Below, one piece after another: positions 40,306-52,640 of a stretch of DNA of 64,000 bases (positions are counted from its first letter, which is position 1; each line of letters begins with the position of its first letter). The notes under the pieces were generated by a model. It saw only the letters and a list, made by a program, of their open reading frames with translations. It ran no database searches and was not told the DNA's origin. The stretch is from Octopus bimaculoides (lineage: Eukaryota). The stretch lies in contig NC_068985.1 in the NCBI RefSeq assembly GCF_001194135.2, positions 63,547,867 through 63,611,866 on the forward strand, given 5' to 3'. The position numbers and the translations under genes are program-made.

Positions 40306-42322
40306 TGCTCTTCCTACTCCAAACCACTCCACTAATGATTAAATGTAGGTCCTGTTGTCCAGCCATGCCAATGGAGTAGTATAATTGTCTAACAACACAA
40401 AATGACAGAAGCAAGATTTCAAAACATTCTCAACCTTGTGCACCAATTAACTGTAGAATTTCAAGAAATTACCAGAAGTAGTTAATTTTAGCTGCAGTTG
40501 TTTGCTACAGTGAAGATCAGCAAAAATAAGTCATATACAAACATGGTATTGATCAAAGTGGTAGTGTGTTGGGGGAGGGAATTTGGGGAAACGGTGTTAG
40601 TTTTATTTGGAAATTTTGTATTGTCTGAGTGAAAGAACTATGTGTGAGAGCTGAAAGGTAGACATGCCACAGAAGGCACACTTCTTCATTTGAGAGGGAA
40701 GAGGATCAGAAGAATATATTGTTAAACCAACATAAATATATTAGATAGAGAATAATAAAAATGTGTGGCCAAAATTAAAGCAAAGAAGAAAGAATAGCAG
40801 TTAAGTTAGTGAAAGAATCTTAGGAGTTTCCACAAGAATTTGGTGTGATTAGATTAGAGACAGAGTAGGTTGGCGAGAAATTGTTGACCACATTTTATAA
40901 ACACATTTTTAACCAGCCAGAAAATTTTGACAATAGTTTTAACAAATTTAACAAAGGCAACTTCATTTTATTTAGTTCTCTTCCAATTTTGAAATAGTAT
41001 TCTTGATCCAACAATCATTATCACCCATATTGTTTTACCATCATCTATCATACAACACGTTCATCTTGCTGCTTCCGTCTTGAGTCAAAAGTTTTGCAGT
41101 ATTTTGCTAAATTATTTGCAAAAACAGCCTAACATCCAAAGTAGAGGCCATCATGCAGCATTGTGAATCCACCTTTCTGCAAGTTCTTTGATTCTATGCA
41201 GATATGAGTCCTTTTCTTTCAAGGCAAAGGACTCCTTCACTGAAGCTTCCACCTCTTCAACTGATGAAATGTCGCAAGCACAGGAAGTGAGCCATGGATC
41301 AGAACAAGTAATAATCCAAGGGAGATACTTTTCCATAATCTTAATGTGCATAAGCAGTGGCCAAGTAAGGTCCAGCTTCCAGAACTTGTTGCCAAACATG
41401 GGCATTTTAAACACAAGGTGATGCTAAGCCTCTGGTAGAATTATGAGGAGATACTTCACTACAAGTTCATTCTAGACACTCAATCCATCAATGCAAACCT
41501 GTATTTCAAACAACTGGAGCAGACGTATGCAAAAATACTCAGCATTGGTTAAAAGAAAGTGAGCTCTTCAGCAAGGCCTCACAGCCCTTAAACAACAGCA
41601 AGAATTTGAGGAAATTGAACTATCACACCCAGCATATAGTCTGGATCTAGATCCCTTAGATTATTACTCATTCCAATCCATGGCTAACTTCCAGTACTCA
41701 TGACACTTTATTAATCAAGGGGAGGTGGAAGATTCAGTGAATATGATATAGGATACACACACACAGACACACATATATATAAAATACAATGAGATATTAT
41801 ATTAAAATAATATATTACGATATATTAAATACATTATAATATAGTTGGCTATAGCAATTAAAACCAAAAAGGAAAAATTCAAAAATAAGGGTGCAAGACA
41901 GCACCACAATTGCTAGAAATAAGAGCTAAAATATGTAACTCGAATGGCCACACAAAATCACCAACCTCATGAGATATACAGGGACTGCAAGTGGCAAGCC
42001 ACAACATCTTTCTTTGGTGAAATAAACTCACCAAATACATATATATATGAAGGCACATGGCTCAGTGGTTAGAGCATCAGGCTTACCCAGATTGGGCTGT
42101 GTGTTGAGTTCTTGAGCAAGTCACTTTATTTCATGTTGCTCTAGTTCATTCAGCTGAAGATATGAGTTATGATGTTACTGGTGTCAGCTGTATCAACCTT
42201 TGCTTTTCTCTCAGACAGCATCAGTGCCAAGGAAAGGAAAGACTGGTATGTATGGGTAACTGCTGGTCTTGGGCCTCAGAAGGGAACTTTCTAGGTGCAA
42301 TCTCATGGTCATTCACAGCTGA

Positions 42323-42379
<57 letters not shown>

Positions 42380-45300
42380 CACACACACACACACGCATAT
42401 ATACATATATCTTTACACATACGCACATATGCTATGTATATTTAATGCTATATATTTAATATATATCCAATGTTCTATATGTATATATACATATCCATAT
42501 GCTATATATTCAACATACATGCTGTATACAAAAATCAGCTTACAATGGTCTCTCTAGTTCTGCACATCATGTAACTATGCTTAGCAGGGCTGGCCTTAAG
42601 CCAATTGGATTGATTGTTCCCAATCGGACCCCATGCCCAAGTAGGCCTCACACTCAAGGGGGTTACATCCTATACTGCCACATTTCATGAAGGTGGTCTC
42701 CTTGAAGTTTAAAAAAAAATTACATAAAAATGCTCCTTAAAAAATCATACTTTCTACACTTTAGCAACACAAGATACCAAAAGATAAACTCATTCATCCA
42801 AAATTGTTTGGGTCAGCCTTGCTTGTATTTTTAGTGTAAGGGTCAATTGTATGTATGCATGTGAGTATGTGAATGTTTGGGAGTGTTTATGGGCATGTTT
42901 TGGTAAAATATTTGTGTGTGTGAGAGTATGTATGTGGTTGTTTAAATGTATGTTGAATTATATGTATATATGTGTGCGTATTTTTGTGTGAGTTGCTATA
43001 AATATACTTTGTATATGCTTAATTTTGGGGAACTTTATTTCAATTAAAGTGTATTTTGTGTGTGTGTGTGTGTGTGTATATCTCTCTATATATATGTATT
43101 AAAGAAAGAAAAAATAAAATGATAAAAGCAAAAGGCTAAATGTGTGCTCAGTATTTTGGCCACAAGAATTTCTGTCCAAGGGACATGGTTAAACAAAGGT
43201 GAAAAGTTCAATTATTTTTCATAGAGGTTTGGTTGAAGTCTTTGTATTTGTGTGAATGTATGTGTATGTATGTTTATGCTTGTATGTGTATGATCATACG
43301 TATATGTATTTTTTTGTGATTAGTGAATTGTATACATACACATATGCACGCACATGTGTGTGTGTACAGTGGGGGAGAGAGAGAGAGAGAAAGAGAGTCG
43401 AGGAGGTGAGATAAAATTTCTTGTCTCTTGTTTAAAAGAGAAAATTTCTTTGCTATGACTCCCATTCAGGTTTTTGGACAAGCACAAACACAGCCACATA
43501 TGCACACACACACACACACACACAGAGGACTATAGTAGGAGACATTTGATGTCACACAGTCATGCTAAACCCAGAACCATACAGCTAAGAAACAGGCAGA
43601 CAGGACTGTGGTTTCTACAATAGATGTTATAGAAAAAAATATAAGGCAAGTATATAACCAGCTTCAGAAAAATTCTAATTATTAATTTGCTTTTTATGTA
43701 TATCTCTTTTAGCATAACATCATGCAACAGATAGAAGTTTCTTTGGTATCTTGTTAGATTTCTTTCCAATTTTTGCCAGAATATTTTTTTAAAGTGTAGT
43801 TTGAATGTAGTTTTGCTTACTGATGGTGAAAAGTTTTGGTAAATTCATAGTTTAACACCCAAATCAATTTTGGTGGGAAATAATGCTTTTTCCTCATTTT
43901 TTTCTTGTGCTATCAACTAATCTAATCTCCTAATATGCCGCAAATAATTTTTTCCACAGAAATTGGAGGTGGATAGAGTAGGGTGAACCCTTGGAAATTA
44001 CCCACCTCGCCTCACCCAATTGGCCCCGCACCTCCTAAGGCTGGCCCTGATGCTTAGCATCACTTAATTGTTTGTAATGTCATCTTTTTTAGGGATGCTG
44101 TTTCCTTCTGAGACTTGCTTCATATTCTCACAGAGTTGTTTTAATTGTCAATATATTTAATGTCATTCAACAATACACAACTTCTGCATGTTTTTTTAAA
44201 ATTCTTCTTCTTCACTGTTCTCTCTGTTTATTTCTTTTAATATTTCTTTCATCTACATTTTTTGCTTATAATGAACTTGACCTTTTCTAATAAACTCTGC
44301 CTTCTTTTCACCTCACAAACTAAGCATTATGAAGACTTTGTTTACTAAACATTCTCTCATTCACATATTTTAAAAGTTTTACTTCCCAACAAGGTTTTTA
44401 CACATTTTTAGTTTTCTTCTATTAGTGCTTGGGTTAATTTCTGGCCAGTTTTTAAAACAAATTCTAGCAACAATAGATTAGTGGCAACAACAAAACCTTG
44501 AGATGTTGGAGTTGTGGAATGGGAAGGAAGCTGGTAGTTATGAAACATGTTATGTGTTGTTAGTAGAACTTGAGACAACCAGCAAGACAGTTTAGTGTTG
44601 GTTGGTTGGTTGGTTGGTTGGTTGGTTGGCTGGTGTCCAGCATCAAAAATATTACCTGTCCTGAAGGAAATGTGGTGTGCAGTACGTGCCCCTACAACAC
44701 ATGGCAAAAAATCATGTGACAAAAAAAGGGTTCAAGGTAAAGAAACAAAATAAAGAATAACAAACATAAAAGAACACAGGGTTTGCATTTAAAACATTTG
44801 ACAAGGGTTAATGGGATATTTGAAAGCAACAGAATTTTCCAATTCCAGAAAACTGGTAAGAAGACATTATAAGGTCATTACAAGCATCAGAACAAGACAA
44901 TGTCTATTTCTTTTTTACTATAATCTGTCTTCCTAGCTCTGTGATTAATTTACTATTGGAATCAACAATGCAAGACAATCAATCCCCTTGGCAATAAATC
45001 CTATGCTGTATGACCTGTTGTTATGCAATATACAGGATTTATTTCCAACATACACTTCTTAGATAATTACTCCAAGACAGTTTATACTAACTGTCATTAG
45101 TGGTAAATTATGAAAAATAACCAGAAATACAAGACATCTCAATAGCATTGTAATAGACCTCAATATATTACATAACTATTTTGGTGTGTATCACTACAGA
45201 TACATCTGCAATATCCTTGCAGGCATTAACTACCTGGATTCTGGTGTATGCTATTTCACTGCACATCTTGCTTGTATGTCTACAGCTATGTCAATATCAC

Positions 45301-45413
45301 CACAGTTTTCAAGTGCAGCAGTCAGGTGCATTATCAATGACTTCAGATTCATTCAATGGAAGGAAAATTATTTTCACATAAATGTTAATGGAAACATAAC
45401 TGGTGTGCATGAG

Positions 45414-45497
<84 letters not shown>

Positions 45498-45760
45498 GCA
45501 GGTAGTGTTTGTTGCATGCAGAACAATGAGGCAATGTCTACATGGTATAAGCAAGTGTGGCAGCTATTTAGCTGGGTAGAAAGCAATTAGAAAAGCAACA
45601 ACATCAAAATTTTTTGTGAAAATCAATGAAGACATAGTTCGATAGAGGTAAATTGTATATTGGTGTGTGGGGGATCTGGTATATATGAGTAACAGAGGGT
45701 TCATACCATGTGTATGTGTGCATGGCATGTGGGTTTGTGCATACAGCCATGTTTGTGCAA

Positions 45761-45795
<35 letters not shown>

Positions 45796-48700
45796 GTTGG
45801 AACACTCCAGCAGAATAAGGATAAAACAGAGTTATGTTTCCTGAAGAAAAGAAAAACTTCCTCACAAAACTCATAGCCCCACATAATGTAAATAGTAAAA
45901 AAACAAAAATAAGACTGCTGATTCCTGAAGCTATTTTATCACCAGATTAATTTAAGAAATTCGGATTTCCACATTATAAAACTAATTGGAGTGGCATCTT
46001 GGTAGAATTATTTGCATGCCAGATAAAATGCTTAGTGGTATTTCATCTGCCTTGACATTCTGAGTTCAAGAGTTCAAAAGCTACAAGAGTTCAAGCAAAA
46101 GAGATACTGCTTCAACAAGGTGTTTTGAAATGTGTACTAGTCAACCTTAAATACTAATCCATAACAGAAATAACTAATGAAATTATTGGAGTTTTCTCAT
46201 ATTTATTGCTGTCAGTATTCCATGCTATTCTCCCAGTCAACATCTAAAAGAACAGTCAAGACAATACAGTTGTCATTACATTTAGCAGCTTAAAAGCTAG
46301 TTTGATTTGCATTTTGCAGTTTTATAAAGTAAGTTTTCCTCTTATTTGGCAACAATAAAAGTTTATTAGCCTCGCAACTAACAATACACACACATCTGCC
46401 TTTCCCCTATTCAATAATCATAGAGATATCCTTTCATTTAGCAATCAGTTCTCAATTAGTGGATAATCTCACTAATTTATTCATAAGAGAAAAGCAGAAC
46501 CAGGTCACACTGGCTACCTATTTCAGGTGACATTATGTCTCCAATAAACTAGAATGTAATAAACCATTTATTGGTTCATATTATAACAAACTTCAATAAA
46601 TAATTATGGAACTATTGTTGAAAGGTCAACAGAATTTTGTGAAGATATATAATAGAATCATTAGAAGTAACTTCAAGAGAACTCTTCCTGAAATGAAAGT
46701 AATTTCTATTTCAATTGCAAGGTTCTATTTAAAAATTGGTGGAGAGCTATGAATAGTACTGTGTTTAATACTTGTTTCTGGATTTTTTAAACAATCAAGT
46801 CAAATAGATTCCATGTATGAAAAATTCAAGAATGTTGCTTTCAAATGTTGAAAGGAGAAGAATATAAGACAGATAACATCAATGACAAATTCTTAAACAA
46901 CATCAGTAAATTGGTAATTAAAACAAATGTAGTTAGTAATTTCTGAGAATAAAAAAAGGGAGTATTAGCAAGAATAGAGAAGAAAAGAAATAAGCTGAGT
47001 GTGTGTAAAATAAACTAAGCGTAAGAGAGAGAGAGAAAGGTTTACTATGGAAGTATACTTGCAAGGAGCGACAATAGATCAGAAAACCAATTTCAATATT
47101 GGGAAAAATCTACAAAATTGAAGGAGGCCAACTGTTGCCATTTCAAAACTATTAGCTTTAATTATAAACTCTCTTGATTCATATTTCAGAAATAAACCAC
47201 CAAAAATTATTAGATTCTTAAGTTCAAATCACAGTGCAGCAGGCTTAAATACAGTAATGCATTTCTTCAAATGAGTCAATAGATATCAACATAGTTGTTC
47301 AGTTTGTAAGAGAATATATATGTAATTACTAATTCCATTACAAGGAGATTGATGGCAGAATTATGGTGGCATGCAATGCCAGAATCAATAACATCGCAAC
47401 ACAAAATAATTTACCATATCTGGCTATGACATTTCATGTTCAAAATTTAAACCCTACACAAGTCAAACTTGATTTTCATTCTTACGGGTAATGGCTGCCC
47501 TAGTATGGCCTGTTCAATTAATAAATGAAGTAGTGAATACTATCAAATAATAGAAGTAATAGTAAATAGTGGATAATTGCATTATCTCTTATTAATTAGT
47601 AAACATTCTTCTCATTAGTTTCTCTAAACTGGATTACTTGGTCTAAAATTTTAAGACAAAACAAGGAATCTTGATAAACAAAAACTTACTGAATGGATTC
47701 AAGAATTAAAAAAAAAAAAACTTAGAGTCTGCTCTAGAATATTTATCGCTGTTATTGTTAAGAGGTTGGCTAAATATAGCTATGTAATTCTTCAACTGTA
47801 GAAGAGTGAAATGCATGTGTCGCAGATCAGAAGGTTTGTAAATGGAGGAGCAGGTGGTAAGCTGAGAGCTGTGGCTAGCAACAAGAAAATATGGGGACAG
47901 AAAGAAAATGAGAAGCAGTAACTAGTGAAAACTGGTCAAAGAAAGGTTGAGGATGCAGTTTATAATTTATTGTTGGGAACAAAACGGTTGATAACGGGTG
48001 GGTTTTAGCATGTTAGGTGAAGAAAAAAGGTGCTAAAGGTGGACAACAAATAATTTACATTGCCAGTAGCCAGATCTTCTCCTCCTCCGAGGAAAACTGA
48101 GAACTGAAACAAATAAGTGTAAAGAGAAAAACCAACGTTGATTTATGTGTGAGGCACCGGCAACAGAAACATTAATTAGAAGTGGTCTTTGATATTTAAA
48201 TAGAATTTGAACAGCAATGGAAAAGAGCAGCAATATGATGAAGGGGAAGGTGAAATATATTATTGTTGTATGGGTCTATTTCTAGTGAATATCCCCATTG
48301 TTTCCAACTGAAGTGTCAATGTTAGGAATGGTTACCAACTGAAAAAACACAAACACTGCACATATGCATACAAATTTCTGGACAAACAACAAGTAACATT
48401 TAATCAAATCAAACAAAATATAATTATATGACAAAGTTGGGGTGGGTGGGGTGCATGTAGTGGGTGTGTTAGATAAGTGCAGGAGTGGGGGAAAAAGAAC
48501 AAATGTAACAAAACAATACAAATAAAAACAACAATTCAAATCTTCCATTTATTTTGAAATTCCTGCAAAAAAATATAAAATTTTTGAACACAAAGCACTA
48601 ACCAGTGAGAAAATAATATATCATTATCATCATTTAATGTCTATCTTCTACGCTGGCTTGGTTGGACAGTTTGACAGGAGCTGGTAAGCCAGAGAACTGC

Positions 48701-50746
48701 ACCAAGCTCCATTATCTATTTTGGCATGCTCTTGATGGCTGGATGCCCTTCCTAATGCCATCCACTTTACAGAGTGGACTGGATGCTTTTTCGTGTGACA
48801 CCAGCACCAATGAAGTCACTAAGTAACTTGTAAGATGAAAATCCTTTGAGAGGAGGTGGTTTTGTGCCAGGCGATGAGAGGTTAGAGTATGACAGGGACA
48901 GAAACAGATGTCTTGCTGTAAAGGAGATACATTGTTAACCCAGTCAGAGGGAGAGAGCTAGGGAGAGAGAGTGAGAATGAGAAAGCATGAGAATGAGAGA
49001 GTGCAAGAGTGAGAGAGAGTTAGTGAGAAAGGAGGCGGTGATGTGCCAAGAAATACTCTGAAGGTACAACGATGAGAATGTAAATAGGCTGGAAGATCTG
49101 TGGCGATAGTACTGGGATCATCGGTTACATCCTCTGTGATGCTGGGCATCATCTCTGGCTGTGGTGATTGTACTGGCATGAGATCTGGTTAATCTGCTAA
49201 TATTGCTATTGGATGTTACATTGCTGGTAACACGGATAGCAGGTCTAGGTGACACGATAGCTTCATAGATGACTCCTTCAACCTCGCTTCGGCCTCCCAC
49301 TGCACAGTTATGATATACCCTGTAAGAACAACCTGTCTCTTCCCTTGTATTGTGGGTACTTGTTAAAATGCTTTTTATATTAGGTGTACAACTAAAGGAG
49401 ACTCTTAGGTTGTGCCTGTTAAATAATTGCCTGTATCTATGTGCATGTGCGAAATGTTTGTCTATTAATCTAAAGAAAATCCTTCTCATACAAGTCTTGA
49501 TGTTGAGCAAGAAGGGTGGAGCAAACCAAACAATGTTTCTGTGGTGCTAGGACCTGGCATGTAGAAGATGTGGTCCTTAAACCCATTCAATGCCAGTGCT
49601 TCATTGTAGTAGAGAGTAGCGACATTGAAGATATCTTGGCTAGAGGATAGATTCAAGATCCTCTTGCTTACACCTTTCACTAGGTTCATGAAAACTATAG
49701 GGGGTTGGCAGGAGGATGTGCTAATATAGGACAGCCTCTCATTTGGCTTGTGATAGGGTTTGTATGTACCAGAGACCAGATCAAAAGTAACATCTAAGAA
49801 ATCTACTGTAGTAAGATTAGTCTCAATGGTGATCTTGAGTCTCACTGAACCAAAGGCACTAATTAGGTCCTTTCTAAGTCTATCTAATGTGTGCCCATTG
49901 GCTCCTCTGGAGATGGCTAGGGCATCATCTCTGTAGAGACTGAAGAGGACTGAAGGAAACCTCTTCCCTAAGATATCCAGGATGTACAGTCTAATAAGAT
50001 CACAGACATCGGAGCTGTCGTATGCCCCCATAGCCACATCAAAGGAGCCCTTGGGGTCAGATTGCTCGACCCATGTCAAATCTTTGCTGAACAGCACTGT
50101 CTTCTTGGCATGCACGATAACTCTAACACCTCTATCACTAATATCTGTGAAGCCCTTACAAAAAAAAGTGTTTTCATCAATAAATATTTTGAAATCAAAG
50201 GATAAATGTCGACAATATTGAACTGTGTAAACGTAGCCTTGCCCTTGTCCTAGTTGGCAATAAACCATAATGATACCTCATCAGTGCTGTACCATAGAAG
50301 GAGGTTCATGTGACTTCTTATGTTATCATTAATCTTTCTCAGTATATACTTCCTTGGGATTGGAGTTAGAGGCAAAATTAGGCTTGTGGTTTTTTAAAGA
50401 GATAAAAGCCTTATATCTAGCAAAAACCTTATATCTCACATGGTGGTATCCATTTTGATACCCTTAATTATAATTTTAATAATAATAATAATTACCTATA
50501 AGGTTTCTTTTTCCCCCATGCTGGCCACTCAATATGATTGTTATTTTAGATAATGATCTTATCCGCTTTATATATAAATATATATTCACTTCGTCATTAT
50601 ATTCACTGTGGTGATATTTCTGACCATATAGCACATGGTGTTGAATGGACAAATGAAATGGTCAAGTACATATGTACATATATATGTATGTATACGTGCC
50701 TATATATAAGTATTCGAACACTATATGTATAAATATTTGTAATTAT

Positions 50747-50791
<45 letters not shown>

Positions 50792-52552
50792 NNNNNNNNN
50801 NNNNNNNNNNNNNNNNNNNNNNNNNNNNNNNNNNNNNNNNNNNNNNNNNNNNNNNNNNNNNNNNNNNNNNNNNNNNNNNNNNNNNNNNNNNATACTTCAC
50901 TCTCTCCCTCTTAAACCTTCAACAACCACCATGTACTATCTGCCTCCATCTAGCACGGTCTTGTGCCTTCCTCTCTCAATTAACAGCTGCAATTCCTGTC
51001 TGTATTAGAGCATTTTTAAGGCAATCCTTAAACCTTAGTTTAGGCTTATGCACTGGTCTCCTGCCATCTTCCAGCTCACCATACAATAGTTGCTTGGGCA
51101 GTCGCTCATCACTCATCCTTATCAAATGTCCCCCCACCCCATCACAAACATCTTTGCAAAATCATAGACTCTATACATCTACTGCCACTCCTCTCGAGCA
51201 CCTCCATATTACTAATGGCCATCTTGTCATGAAATTGTCTAAGCATTCTCACAAATTTTTCATGGCATTTTTAGGATCTCCCAAAGTGCAATTCTATTGA
51301 TTGAATCAAACGCTTTTGTTAGGTCAATGAAAATCTGGTATAAGTCTATATTCTGTTTGATGCACTTCTCTTGCAACTGTCTAGCTGAAAATATCATATC
51401 CATAGTACTCCTACTATCTCTAAACCCACATTGCATTCTGGTAGAACCTCATCAGCAATGTGCAGAAGCAATCTATCCAGTATTACCCTACAGAGGACCT
51501 TTCCAGCAACAGCTAACAGACATATGCCACGATAATTATCACAGACAGTCTTTCCACCTATAGATTTATATAGTATCTCCATAGCTGCATCACGCCAATC
51601 CGGAGGAACCTCTTCACTTTGCCAAACACTCTGAATCACATCTGTCAACATTGCACAAAGATGATCACCACCATATTTATATATCTCTGCACCTAGTCCA
51701 TCCATACCAGGGGCCTTTCCATTGTTCAATTTCCTGATTGCTGCTTTTATTTCAGCCAGGTTTGGAACTGATGCTATAAGATGTTTTATTGGTCTCTCAG
51801 GTATAAGATGTTTTATTGGTCTCTCAGATATATTATCAAGAAAAGAGAGATCATCTTAAGTGGGTCTATTGAACAACTCATCAAAATCTTCTTTGCATCT
51901 CCCAACGATATCTGTAGGATGTGTTAATAATTCTGTGCCATCCTTGCTCCAAAGTGGCACAACCTTTGATGAAACTGGTCCATAAACTTTTTTCAAGAAA
52001 GAGTAAAAAAGTTTGGAATTGTTAGCATTTGAAGCTCTTTGGATTTCATCACATCTATCACTCCACCAATTTTCCTGCATCATCCGTAGCTTCCTCTGCA
52101 CTGTTGCTTTTACAGCCTTGAAATATGTAGCCACTGTCCTGTTCATTGACATGTCAACATTTTGCAACATGTTAAATGCCTTTCGCTTCTCTTCTAAGAT
52201 AAGATTAACTTCTTTATCATTATCATCAAACCAATCTTGGTGTTTTTTTACAACAAAGCCAAGAATGTCATAACAAATCTTGTACACTCTTTCTTTGAAT
52301 CACTTCCAGCTTCCATCACAGGAAAAATTCTTTATCTCACTCACAAACTCACTGCGTACTGACAGAATCTTAAGTTTATTCACATCAATCCGTTTAGGTA
52401 ATTTAACATTATTTGCTCTAACCTTAGGCTTGACAACAAAATTCACTTTGGTATGCAAAAGCATATGATTGGTCAAGCACTTTGCACCATGCATCACTGA
52501 CCAAGAAACGAGATACTGGGGACTTTGCGATTGTACATGTGATGCATGGTGC

Positions 52553-52640
<88 letters not shown>

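Noticed and set aside
40455-40520. Acceptor/donor pair enclosing 32 nt
   Set aside because: Length is not a multiple of 3 and there is a stop in the host phase; no further support.
42045-42110. tRNA gene (also the heads at about 57430-57485)
   Set aside because: Only A/B-box-like pieces continuing into SINE bodies; no full cloverleaf.
51775-51827. 26-bp tandem duplication
   Set aside because: A simple local duplication inside a dead RTE copy.
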